64,000 nucleotides of DNA from a virus: the IMG/VR virus record IMGVR_UViG_3300022562_000702. One strand, 5' to 3'. Under the pieces are notes generated by a model that was not told the origin of the DNA, made no database searches, and worked only from the letters and a program-made list of their open reading frames with translations. Shown here one piece after another: positions 55,944 to 64,000 of the stretch; position 1 is the stretch's first letter, and each line of letters begins with the position of its first letter. The position numbers were made by a program, and so were the translations under genes.

Positions 55944-56522
55944 TCAGGAGCGTAAAGCAGAAATGGCAGGTTGCAGATCGTCCCAGACGCTCTTTTTAGC
56001 GGAGGGCTGCCTCAGAAGGTAAGATGGGTGATATGTGCATGTGACCTTTCGGCCTTCGTATTCGTGGGTTTTCCCTCGCAAAGAGCCGATTGTGGTGTCT
56101 GGTTCTTGCCCTAGTAGGAAAACCGAAGCGATCCGCCCAAAACAGATGATCCATTTGGGATCAACGCATTTGATCTGCATATCAAGAAATTTTCGGCAGT
56201 TTGCGGCTTCCTCGGGTTTGGGGTCTCGATTCCCCGGTGGGCGGCATTTCAGGATGTTGGCGATGAACACGTCATCTCTTGTCCACCCTGCCGCCGCAAG
56301 AATGTTGGTGAGAAGCTGACCAGCTTTCCCCACAAATGGGACGCCTTGCTCAGCCTCATTCTGGCCGGGAGCCTCACCAAGCACGAACAGGTCGGCGTTA
56401 GCATTGCCGACTCCGGGAACTGTTTTCCAGCCGCTTGCAACCCTCAGTTCTGAGAGTTCTTGGCACAATGTACAGTTCGCAATCTTTTGGTCCAAAATTT
56501 GTAATGCTTCGCTTTTCAGCAT
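55944..56522 (-). CDS. family-4 uracil-DNA glycosylase
   Basis: GEAPGQNEAEQGVPFVGKAG and HPSYLLR motifs. Confidence 0.85.
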   Translation of the reverse strand: MLKSEALQILDQKIANCTLCQELSELRVASGWKTVPGVGNANADLFVLGEAPGQNEAEQGVPFVGKAGQLLTNILAAAGWTRDDVFIANILKCRPPGNRDPKPEEAANCRKFLDMQIKCVDPKWIICFGRIASVFLLGQEPDTTIGSLRGKTHEYEGRKVTCTYHPSYLLRQPSAKKSVWDDLQPAISALRS

Positions 56523-56543
56523 CCTTGCTCTCCAAATGAAAAC

Positions 56544-56561
56544 GGCCCTCCGAAGAGGGCC
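56544..56561 (-). terminator. rho-independent terminator on minus strand (GGCCCTC/GAGGGCC stem, T-run on the minus strand)
   Basis: Read in the sequence. Confidence 0.5.
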
Positions 56562-56567
56562 ATTGTA

Positions 56568-56819
56568 TTAGTCGGAATCAACGTAATCAATCCCGAATGG
56601 ATCGTCGTCGCCGTCCTTCCACCAGTCGGCGGGGTCACGGTTTTTTCGTTTGCGTTCTTTTTGTTCTTCCTTGAGTTCTCTGAAAGCCGCTCGAAGAGCA
56701 CATGCGTTGACGACGTGTCCCAACAGTAAGCCGATGCAAATTCCAATGATCAAAAACAAAAATCCGTCAGACATCCTTGTCCCCTTCTTTCCTATAGAGC
56801 TTCCGGCACTCCTTTGCAA
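56568..56819 (-). CDS. small membrane protein
   Basis: Hydrophobic segment FLFLIIGICIGLLLGHVV. Confidence 0.3.
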   Translation of the reverse strand: MQRSAGSSIGKKGTRMSDGFLFLIIGICIGLLLGHVVNACALRAAFRELKEEQKERKRKNRDPADWWKDGDDDPFGIDYVDSD

Positions 56820-57634
56820 AGGTCGCTGGTGATGACAACAAGTGGCTTCTTGCCTTCGAAGATCACCTCTTCTCGGTTGTGAATGCGAGACATTGGAACA
56901 AAGTCCTCTTCAACCACTGCTGTTCGCTTGATGGTCAAATTGGGGTTTTGGTGAGCGTGGTGCTTCGGCGGAAGAGCAGAAAGTTCTTCTGTCGTGAACG
57001 CACGCTCGACATCCCGGCGTCTCACATAAGTTCCTCGCTTGAAGAAGCGGGGATACTCTGCCCACTTGACTCCTTTTTGGAACAGCAGTTCGTGCAAAGC
57101 CGACGTGTCTTTGCCGTGCAGTTCTTCATGTGAGTAGTAGGCCCTCGCCGCCATTTGCAATGAGTTTCGAGTGGCGTCGTTCTCTCGCCAGATGAAGTAG
57201 TTACACGCTTCATACAAGACAGGCACTTCCCAGACACGGTTGTCGAAGAGAGCCATCTTGTCGGCGTGACTGGGGATATAGTCTGGCAACAGCTTGTTGA
57301 AGAAGTAGGTTGCCAGCGATCCCACGACAGAACACATCTTCGACAACTTGCCTCCGAAGAAGATTTCTGAGTCGGGATCTTCAGTCAGCCAGACCAACGA
57401 AATTTCATCGCTTTGCGTGTATCCGCAGCGAGCGTTCGTCTCTTCAACAAGAAACTTGGTCGTCTCGATCATCAGTCGAGACAGACGGTCATCGTAAGGT
57501 CGCTCCAGACCTTTCGTGAAGCTGTGAAAGGCTCGTCCGTCCACCCGTGCCAACACGGGGACCATCGGCATCATTTCATGGGCGTACCGTTTCTCGTACC
57601 ATTTCATCCGGTCGCCAAGCGAAGTTGTGTCCAT
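56792..57634 (-). CDS. Thg1-like protein (tRNA-His guanylyltransferase family 3'-5' nucleotidyltransferase)
   Basis: N-terminal MKWYEKRYAHEMMPMVPVLARVDGRAFHSFTKGLERPYDDRLSRLMIETTKFLV...GYTQSDEISLVWL. This fits the Thg1 pattern KFEYV...RIDGxxFxxFS...xxSDExS. Confidence 0.6.
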   Translation of the reverse strand: MDTTSLGDRMKWYEKRYAHEMMPMVPVLARVDGRAFHSFTKGLERPYDDRLSRLMIETTKFLVEETNARCGYTQSDEISLVWLTEDPDSEIFFGGKLSKMCSVVGSLATYFFNKLLPDYIPSHADKMALFDNRVWEVPVLYEACNYFIWRENDATRNSLQMAARAYYSHEELHGKDTSALHELLFQKGVKWAEYPRFFKRGTYVRRRDVERAFTTEELSALPPKHHAHQNPNLTIKRTAVVEEDFVPMSRIHNREEVIFEGKKPLVVITSDLCKGVPEAL

Positions 57635-57675
57635 GATTTACCTCCATGTAAAGGACACGAGTGAACCGTTTAGGT

Positions 57676-58575
57676 TCAGTCGTCGAATCCGCCGCCGCTG
57701 TCCCAGCCGCCACCATCATCGTAGCTGCTTCCGCCATCGTCGTAGGACGGCGGATCAGGGTCGGGGATATAGGTGTCTCGTTTGGTGTCATCCTCGAAGT
57801 CGAAGCTCTCATCGGTTACTTCCGCAGGAGCCTCATCGGGAACGTCTTCGACGATGGGTTGAGTCAAAATCGGTTCGGGCTCGGGTTCCGGTATTGGTGC
57901 CGGTTCAGGCTCGGGTGCCGGTGTTGGATCAGCCGTCACATCGTCGAAGATTCGCTCGTCGATAGGTGGACGATCATCAGGGAACTCGTAGGCTGGCATC
58001 TCGTAGTTGTCGTAGTAGTCGAACGGTTCATGGAACCCATCGAAGATGAAGTAGTAGAACAACAGAGCATCGAGCATGTCGTCATCGCCGAACATACTTT
58101 CTTCACGCAGCCAATCTCGATTGGCCCGCTTGTCTCTGTCGCTGTAGTGATCGAAGGCGTTGCTGCCGATGATGCGTTCTACGAAACCGATACGCCAGAC
58201 GCCGGTGTGTCCGCCATACCTTGTTGCCATTTCAGGGCTGAAGTAATCGCCTTCAAAGCAAGCTTGGCCCACGAAATCAGCATTCTGCAAGTTGACACAA
58301 CGTGGGTCGGCATCAACCACCATCGTCACCCGAAAGTTCTGAGGGCCAAATGGCGTGAGTGCCCACACCATGTCGTTGACGTTGAGATCGTATGCGAGTT
58401 GTTTGCGACCCTCATTGTTTAAGAAGAGAGGTGCCCCCAACCCGGTGCCGTTCTCGCCGATGTCTGATTCGGGCTCTGTGGTCTCTTCGCTGCTGCTCGA
58501 TCTTGTGCCAATTAGGATGGCGACAATCACAGCAATGATGGACAACACAATCAGGAAGATGAGGGCATTGGTCAT
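57676..58575 (-). CDS. membrane-anchored protein with acidic Pro-rich C-terminal tail
   Basis: N-terminal transmembrane helix. C-terminal PEPEPAPIPEPEPEP and D/G/S-rich tail. Confidence 0.45.
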   Translation of the reverse strand: MTNALIFLIVLSIIAVIVAILIGTRSSSSEETTEPESDIGENGTGLGAPLFLNNEGRKQLAYDLNVNDMVWALTPFGPQNFRVTMVVDADPRCVNLQNADFVGQACFEGDYFSPEMATRYGGHTGVWRIGFVERIIGSNAFDHYSDRDKRANRDWLREESMFGDDDMLDALLFYYFIFDGFHEPFDYYDNYEMPAYEFPDDRPPIDERIFDDVTADPTPAPEPEPAPIPEPEPEPILTQPIVEDVPDEAPAEVTDESFDFEDDTKRDTYIPDPDPPSYDDGGSSYDDGGGWDSGGGFDD

Positions 58576-58578
58576 CTC

Positions 58579-59115
58579 TTACTCCTCTGTGGGCGGCGTT
58601 GGTGGTTGTTCGGATTCTTCCTCTTCTGCCCCGGCCTGTTGCAACAGATCGCCAAGAGCCGTGAATCCTTCTCCGAGTCCTTTCAGACCACGAAGGCCGA
58701 GACTGCGAACTTGACCAATGGCCTTTTCGCCGTTTTCTCGTGCCATTTTCAAGACCTCATCGGCGTTCCCAGCCAAGTCGATCTCTTCGAGTCGCTTCAA
58801 GACTTCATCGAGTCTCGATGGACCTTCTTCCTCAACACAACTTTTGGGTTGTGTGTTGTTCTGATGTGACGTGAGTGCAGCAGAGAGTTCCGCCAGCGTT
58901 GTCACAGTAGACATGGTGGCACCGGACTTTGAGTCCAAAACATTGAGTGCCGCCTCTCGATCTGCTCCCAAGAAGTGGATCGAGCCTTCTGCCAAGACTG
59001 CGTACATGAAAGTAGCCTCCGTGAATGAAAGGAGTTTCCTTAGTTCCCAGAGGCTACGATACGCTTTTTGCGAATGTTGGTCAAGCTTAATCGCCGACGA
59101 TGACAAAACCATCAT
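58579..59115 (-). CDS. hypothetical protein
   Basis: 178-aa ORF. Confidence 0.4.
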   Translation of the reverse strand: MMVLSSSAIKLDQHSQKAYRSLWELRKLLSFTEATFMYAVLAEGSIHFLGADREAALNVLDSKSGATMSTVTTLAELSAALTSHQNNTQPKSCVEEEGPSRLDEVLKRLEEIDLAGNADEVLKMARENGEKAIGQVRSLGLRGLKGLGEGFTALGDLLQQAGAEEEESEQPPTPPTEE

Positions 59116-59563
59116 CGACCGGGCTTTCGTTGATCAGCACATCTGGCTTCGGCTGATTGCCGCCCTCGTGAAGAGGTTGAGCCGGTGTCTGTGCTTGAAC
59201 GTGCTCGACATGTCCGTGTTCTGTGATCGTGTCGGGCTGATCAAGGATCAGTTTCGGTTGTTCTGATGTCATAATCTCCTCGTTGGTTGCAGCCTCTTGC
59301 AAGGCTTTCTCTTGTGCAGGTGATTGCAATTCTTGAATCAATCTCAGATGACCCACTCGGACCATCTGCATGTAGTAATTGTCACCCTGAAACCGTTGTC
59401 TCGGACCCACTGTTCTGAGACCGCTCTTTGTGGGCCTCGGCAGAGTCATGTCAGCATTGGTGTTGTTTTCATACAAATACAACCCCTCGCCATGCAAGGC
59501 TTTTGTGACTTGTGCTCTGTTGATTTCTTTTCGTTCGTACTTATTGAATTTTCGGTACTTCAT
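59087..59563 (-). CDS. hypothetical protein
   Basis: 158-aa ORF. Confidence 0.4.
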   Translation of the reverse strand: MKYRKFNKYERKEINRAQVTKALHGEGLYLYENNTNADMTLPRPTKSGLRTVGPRQRFQGDNYYMQMVRVGHLRLIQELQSPAQEKALQEAATNEEIMTSEQPKLILDQPDTITEHGHVEHVQAQTPAQPLHEGGNQPKPDVLINESPVDDGFVIVGD

Positions 59564-59574
59564 GAAAGACTCCC

Positions 59575-59603
59575 TTTGACTTAACTAAACTACCTCAGTA
59601 TAA
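59575..59603 (+). promoter_or_regulatory. consensus sigma70-type promoter (TTGACT - 17 nt - TATAAT)
   Basis: Exact hexamers with a 17-nt spacer, 38 nt upstream of the ATG at 59641. A GGAGG Shine-Dalgarno follows. Confidence 0.6.
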
Positions 59604-59640
59604 TAGTCGCCAGCTATTAGTTTTTTGGAGGAAAACTCAT

Positions 59641-60036
59641 ATGACAACTCCCAAGAAGTGGCACGAAGTCTACCCGTATGGGACCAAAGAAGGTGATGAA
59701 GAGGCCAAAGTTTTTCGGTCTCTCTCTCGACATTCCAAGTTCGAATACCGAAGCACCGGGGCAATCATTAAGGCAACCGGGTTGCCTCGTGAGCGTGTCG
59801 AAGAAATCATCGACAAGTACGCCGAGCAAATCGACCCGCCCTTAATCTATCCACATCCAAATCAAGACGATCACTGGGGATACTGGGAAAGATGCGGCCT
59901 TCCCAAGACTTCTAAGAAGTCAATCTCCGGGCAAGATCAGCAAAACCGAATCGACAAGCATCTTGTAACGACGCCAGACATGGTTGTTTCCAAGGGCGAC
60001 GATGCTGTGGCGGCTGAGTGGGTTTGCGACCTGTAA
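59641..60036 (+). CDS. hypothetical protein
   Basis: 131-aa ORF downstream of the consensus promoter. Confidence 0.5.
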   Translation: MTTPKKWHEVYPYGTKEGDEEAKVFRSLSRHSKFEYRSTGAIIKATGLPRERVEEIIDKYAEQIDPPLIYPHPNQDDHWGYWERCGLPKTSKKSISGQDQQNRIDKHLVTTPDMVVSKGDDAVAAEWVCDL

Positions 60037-60096
60037 ACAGAAAAACCCCGTATCACTACGGGGCCTTTCCGCCTTTATCCAAGTGACTCACATCAC

Positions 60097-60318
60097 TTAA
60101 AGAGGTGTGTTTCCAGCGTCCTTCCTGTCCTTCATCTTCTTGGCATTTTTGAGATCCAAGTAGGATGTAGCCACGATTGGCGAAAAGTACGCATCGGGGT
60201 ACTGATTGCGGATGTATCCTGATGGATATTCCTGACTCAGACCTGCACGCTTTGTGTTTTCGTCCGTCGTAGGAAGAGGAAGCTTCTTGCTCTGGCACCA
60301 GTTGACAAAATCGATCAT
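60097..60318 (-). CDS. hypothetical small protein (internal start of listed ORF)
   Basis: A start at 60318 avoids overlap with the divergent promoter. Confidence 0.3.
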   Translation of the reverse strand: MIDFVNWCQSKKLPLPTTDENTKRAGLSQEYPSGYIRNQYPDAYFSPIVATSYLDLKNAKKMKDRKDAGNTPL

Positions 60319-60378
60319 GGCTTTTCCTCTCTTGTATTGAGTGTTGAGTAAGCTTACTGAGGTTATATAGGATTCCCG

Positions 60379-60407
60379 TTGCCAAATTTCCCGGCAACTA
60401 TTAAAAT
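60379..60407 (+). promoter_or_regulatory. sigma70-type promoter (TTGCCA - 17 nt - TAAAAT)
   Basis: Read in the sequence. An ATG at 60415 and a GGAGG + ATG at 60430 both follow. Confidence 0.45.
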
Positions 60408-60429
60408 CGACGGCATGGAGGTCTCGATT

Positions 60430-61104
60430 ATGCAAGTTCACGACGTGGACGTGATTCCGGTAGAAAACGAATCGGGGGAGCTTTCAGACACCTTCTATCG
60501 AAACTGCCACTTCTGTAAGAAAATCGTCAGAATCACACCTTCCAACCTCAAATCCTGCCTGCAACTGGGTGGCCCCAACTTCTACTGCCCGTTTTGCTTA
60601 AGAAACAACCACCACTACAAATCGGCCCAAAATATCCTGATCATGTCGTACCGGGGAATCATCGGTTACTACTATCTGGAGTTTTATCAAGGGACCAATC
60701 CAAGACAGAAGGTCTGGTACTCGGAGATTGTGCGAACCATCGAACGCCATGTGTCTGTGGGACTTCAGAGCCCCGTCTTCACTTATGATCCGGGCACGTT
60801 CTTATGGTTCGTTGACTTCAACAGAATTGGCGCAGGGCGAAAGAAAGCCCCCATTGAGGAAGTCAAACAAGTCTCCGAAGCGATCCTCAAGGAGTTTGAT
60901 CTCCAACGCTACATCAGCACATTCGCCGAGACTGACGTTTGGGATCGGTTCGACAAAGCCATCGATGCCTTCTATTCGCAACGCAAGCGACCCAAAGACA
61001 GAAGAATGCTGATCCCAACTCTGAAGGGATTCAACAACTTCCAGAAGGACGGCTTCTGGGAGAGGACGAGAGATTTCCGGCCAGCCAACATGGTCCTCAA
61101 ATAA
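60430..61104 (+). CDS. hypothetical protein with CxxC...CxxC zinc-binding pattern
   Basis: A start at 60430 (Shine-Dalgarno GGAGG 8 nt upstream) is preferred over the TTG at 60379. An alternative leaderless ATG lies at 60415. Confidence 0.45.
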   Translation: MQVHDVDVIPVENESGELSDTFYRNCHFCKKIVRITPSNLKSCLQLGGPNFYCPFCLRNNHHYKSAQNILIMSYRGIIGYYYLEFYQGTNPRQKVWYSEIVRTIERHVSVGLQSPVFTYDPGTFLWFVDFNRIGAGRKKAPIEEVKQVSEAILKEFDLQRYISTFAETDVWDRFDKAIDAFYSQRKRPKDRRMLIPTLKGFNNFQKDGFWERTRDFRPANMVLK

Positions 61105-61105
61105 A

Positions 61106-61134
61106 AACACCGTCGAAGTTCATTCGACGGTGTT
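61106..61134. terminator. bidirectional terminator hairpin (12-bp perfect stem AACACCGTCGAA/TTCGACGGTGTT)
   Basis: Read in the sequence between convergent genes. A-run upstream. Confidence 0.6.
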
Positions 61135-61163
61135 CTCACTCGTTGTGGCACAAAAGAAGTAGT

Positions 61164-61541
61164 TCACTTCTTCTTCGACTTGGACTTGGCCGTTGTCGGC
61201 TTGGAAGTCTTTGAAGTCTTGGCCTTGGTTGTGGTCGGCTTGGAAGTCTTCGTGGCCGTAGTAGTCGGCTTGATGCTCTTCTTTGCCTTGGCGGTTGTCG
61301 TCTTTGACTTGACGCTCTTCTTGGCAGCCTGCTTGACAGGTTCGTCGTAGCTGACTTCCAAACCGAGGCGTTGCCCGAAGGCACGAGCCGACGACTTGAG
61401 GGCACTTGTTGTCGGAAAGAGGGTCGTGCCATCCTTGCGTGTCAGCTTGGTTGGCTTTGCTCCCTGCAATGCGACTGTCCCTTCGAAGCGATCACCTTGT
61501 TCGGTGGTACGCTGCTTCACTGTTACTGTTACTGTGCTCAT
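61164..61541 (-). CDS. lysine-rich histone H1-like DNA-binding protein
   Basis: C-terminal KPTTT/KTSK/AKKS repeats (KAKKSIKPTTTATKTSKPTTTKAKTSKTSKPTTAKSKSKKK). Confidence 0.45.
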   Translation of the reverse strand: MSTVTVTVKQRTTEQGDRFEGTVALQGAKPTKLTRKDGTTLFPTTSALKSSARAFGQRLGLEVSYDEPVKQAAKKSVKSKTTTAKAKKSIKPTTTATKTSKPTTTKAKTSKTSKPTTAKSKSKKK

Positions 61542-61611
61542 CTCTTTCGTTTCCTTTCTTTGAGGTTCTCCGAACACAAGGTGGCCTTTGTACTAAAAAC
61601 ACGCTTCAAGG

Positions 61612-62469
61612 TCAAGCTCGAAGCTGTGTCGCCAGTGCATCAAGTGCCACCAACTTATCCCACCCCTTACGCTCTGCGAGCAACTTATCTCGCATCGCTT
61701 GGAAGTGGATCTCTGAAGCGGCCTCATGGCCGTCCAGTTGATTCGTCAATTCATCGATCATCAGATCAATGGCCCAAGGCTCCATCAACATGTGATGGAT
61801 GTGCCCTGAGAAGGTCAGGTCTGTATGACATGCCACGCCGGGAATGCACAGAGCCAACCTGCGTTGTTTCTCTTCATGTAACTGCGTGAAGATTTTGTGG
61901 TCATGCGGATGAGTTTCACTGGTGAACTCCTTCCAGATGTCCAAGTCTTTCCGCAGCGTTCCAATTTTTGTACCGAACGTCATGCAAGTGCTGGCGGTGT
62001 ATCTCCAATGGCTGGAAGGGGTTTTGATCACCTTGGAGATCTCCCCTCCGTTGTAGTACCGTGTGTACTTGTCTGGGTGATCGTAGAGCGTCACATAGTC
62101 GGCCCGCTTGATCCCTTCCTCCAGCAACTTCGGCGCAGAACCCAAATGGAGATAGTCGTCCTCGCAGAAGTAGACAAGTTCATCGTCCTCGCACTCTTCC
62201 AAAGCCACGTTCAGCGTCTTCCACAATGAGCCAGCATTTCCTTCTGCTGTTGCTGTGTATGGCAATCCCGTATCATGAATCATCTTGATCGTTTTGCGTT
62301 GGCAGTTATCACAAACGATTTTGATCGGCGGCACATCCTCTTCGGATTTTGGGAAGATGACTTCTGCGAAAGCCTTGCAAAAGTTCATCAGGCAAACTTC
62401 TTTGGTTGCCCCCGGCAGCTTTTGCTTTTCGTAGCTGTTATCGCTGATTCGATAGTAGAGTTTCATCAA
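61612..62469 (-). CDS. putative nucleotide-sugar glycosyltransferase (GT-A like)
   Basis: YFCEDDYLHLG acidic DxD-type motif. 285 aa. Confidence 0.35.
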   Translation of the reverse strand: MMKLYYRISDNSYEKQKLPGATKEVCLMNFCKAFAEVIFPKSEEDVPPIKIVCDNCQRKTIKMIHDTGLPYTATAEGNAGSLWKTLNVALEECEDDELVYFCEDDYLHLGSAPKLLEEGIKRADYVTLYDHPDKYTRYYNGGEISKVIKTPSSHWRYTASTCMTFGTKIGTLRKDLDIWKEFTSETHPHDHKIFTQLHEEKQRRLALCIPGVACHTDLTFSGHIHHMLMEPWAIDLMIDELTNQLDGHEAASEIHFQAMRDKLLAERKGWDKLVALDALATQLRA

Positions 62470-63991
62470 GCTCCTTCTTTACCCGTTCGAAGACGCCTTC
62501 CCAGTCGCCTCGCTTTGATTGACGGAAGATTCTTACAGAATCATACCAATCTGTAGTATCTCCTTCAATACCCCATCGCCAGTCTGGATTATATGGGAGA
62601 CACATCCAACATGGAATGCCCATTGCTCCCGCCAAGTGGATGATGGCGGTGTCGCATGAGATCACCAAATCAAGACCCGCTAGAATAGTACAGGTATCTT
62701 CTAAACTCTGAATCATTGTCGTCAAATCAACAAGTTGCATATCTTCGCAACCCTCGGCCAGATCTACGATCTTTCCGTCGCTGCCGGGTCTCATTTCAAA
62801 TCCGTTCCCATACTTTCTGGGTCGAGTATCGAACTGGAGACTGAACAGCTTAACGCCGGGAGTTTCATAGATTGCCTTGAAGTGCTTTAAGGGAATTGAA
62901 CGACGTTGATCGTGCGGATGGGCCGGGCTCCCGGCCCAAACAATTCCCACCTTCATGTCTTCCTTGCCATACTCATCTTCAACAAACTGACGGAAGTTCT
63001 GGGTGACTGGCTTGATGTAAGGCTTCCCACACAACTCGTAATCTTTCAACAGATGTGGTAAGCTCATCATGGAACACTGATAGTCATACTCAGGGAACTC
63101 GTCTCCCTTGTTGTTCACGATGTCACGGTTGACAGTCTCGTCTACCCCTTCACATCTCTTAAGGATGGCGTCCAAATTGGGACTACAGTGAACAATGACG
63201 TGTGCTCCTCGTTCTTTAAGTTGAGGGACGTAGCGAATGAACTGGATTGCGTCTCCCAATCCTTGTTCAGCATAGACCAACAATCGCTTGCCTTCCAGTG
63301 GGTTTCGGCCATTCCAACGCTTCGTCTGATCGTATGACTGTTTGTAGTAGTCCATCTGGTTGAAGTAATCAAATCGCCATTCGTATTCTTCGAAGCCGGT
63401 TTTCCAGTGACCCAGAAGATGATGGGCAAATGCCAAGTCAACATGAGCCGCAGGATATCCCGGTTCATGCTTCAAAGCTGTCTCAAAACAACGAAGTGAT
63501 TCTTCAACATCCTTGAGTTCTCCATACAATCCACCGAGGTTAGTCCACATCTGAGGGCTGTCAGGGCAAAGCTCCAAGGCTTTCCTTAAGGTTGCAATGG
63601 CGGCTTCGTAGTCTCCGATAATTCGGTACTGGAGAGCAAGATTGTTTGAGAAAAGATACTGTTGAGGGTTCAGTTCGATGGCCTTCTTGATGTTCTCGAT
63701 GGCTCGCTCGTGGTTCTCCAAGCCTCCGTAAGCCAAGCCGATGTTATTGTAGTTGTCGGCGTTGGTGGGATCGATATCGAGTGCTGTCTGAATGATCTCG
63801 ATAGCCTCGGCATTTTTGCCCATGCGATGCTTGGCAAGGCCGAGCAATTGCAGACCAGCGAGATGTTCTGGATCGCATCGAAGAAGTTGCTTCAGGATGA
63901 TTTCGGCGATCTCTGGCTTCTTCTCTAAGTATTCGCCAGCCGTATCGACGGCATCATCCATAATGCTCTTTGCTTTGTCTGCCGTCATCAA
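62438..63991 (-). CDS. TPR-repeat protein fused to a glycosyltransferase family 9-like (heptosyltransferase-like) domain
   Basis: ~6 N-terminal TPR repeats (AEAIEIIQTALDIDPTNADNYNNIGLAY...). C-terminal LLVYAEQGLGDAIQFIRYVP and later IIHLAGAMGIPCWMCLP are typical of GT9 (GT-B) enzymes. Confidence 0.55.
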   Translation of the reverse strand: MMTADKAKSIMDDAVDTAGEYLEKKPEIAEIILKQLLRCDPEHLAGLQLLGLAKHRMGKNAEAIEIIQTALDIDPTNADNYNNIGLAYGGLENHERAIENIKKAIELNPQQYLFSNNLALQYRIIGDYEAAIATLRKALELCPDSPQMWTNLGGLYGELKDVEESLRCFETALKHEPGYPAAHVDLAFAHHLLGHWKTGFEEYEWRFDYFNQMDYYKQSYDQTKRWNGRNPLEGKRLLVYAEQGLGDAIQFIRYVPQLKERGAHVIVHCSPNLDAILKRCEGVDETVNRDIVNNKGDEFPEYDYQCSMMSLPHLLKDYELCGKPYIKPVTQNFRQFVEDEYGKEDMKVGIVWAGSPAHPHDQRRSIPLKHFKAIYETPGVKLFSLQFDTRPRKYGNGFEMRPGSDGKIVDLAEGCEDMQLVDLTTMIQSLEDTCTILAGLDLVISCDTAIIHLAGAMGIPCWMCLPYNPDWRWGIEGDTTDWYDSVRIFRQSKRGDWEGVFERVKKELDETLLSNQR

Positions 63992-64000
63992 TCCAGCAGA

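Noticed and set aside
62438-63991. O-GlcNAc transferase (GT41) assignment for the TPR-glycosyltransferase fusion
   Set aside because: The C-terminal motifs (GLGDAIQF, HLAGAMG) fit GT9 heptosyltransferase-like GT-B enzymes better than GT41. I kept it as TPR + GT9-like.
1-64000. TAG-to-amino-acid recoding across the window, suggested by the CUA tRNA
   Set aside because: Long ORFs are continuous under the standard code. At least two genes terminate with TAG and others with TAA/TGA. I saw no genes broken specifically at in-frame TAG, so global recoding is not supported within this window.
1-64000. CRISPR arrays, rRNA genes, integrase/transposase genes
   Set aside because: I found no regularly spaced direct repeats, no rRNA-like segments and no tyrosine or serine recombinase or DDE motifs.

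Overview
This 64-kb window reads as a densely packed, two-stranded segment of a large contractile-tailed dsDNA phage or prophage. I assigned everything from motifs I could read directly in the ORF translations; no database search was possible.

Features that support a phage with some T4-like traits:
- a small region-2-only sigma factor (gp55-like);
- a tail sheath followed by four tandem gp19-like tube paralogs, one of them frameshifted;
- a family-4 uracil-DNA glycosylase;
- a class II ribonucleotide reductase fragment and CTP synthase;
- a DNA methyltransferase with an SPPF motif.

Most striking is a full nicotinamide-to-NAD+ salvage route scattered over 47.5-55.9 kb on the minus strand: PncA-like nicotinamidase, PncB, NadD and glutamine-dependent NadE, with two NUDIX hydrolases. 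I interpret this as a candidate counter-measure to NAD+-depleting host immunity.

Other notable content:
- a tRNA with anticodon CUA (an amber-suppressor type) next to pncB;
- RNA end-repair-type enzymes: a Thg1-like 3'-5' nucleotidyltransferase, a small KxDG RNA-ligase-like nucleotidyltransferase and a DxDGT HAD phosphatase;
- a six-gene sugar-modification cluster: glycosyltransferases, an NDP-hexose C-methyltransferase-like protein, an epimerase/dehydratase, an MBL hydrolase and a sulfotransferase-like protein;
- two tandem SPFH (band-7) membrane proteins beside a kinase-like protein and a PP2C-like protein, with a vWA protein elsewhere;
- an AAA+ ATPase, several Q/P-rich low-complexity proteins and a lysine-rich H1-like protein;
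- two consensus sigma70-type promoters, several clear rho-independent terminators, and a recurring TATATAG motif upstream of start codons.

I saw no CRISPR array, rRNA or recognisable transposase.
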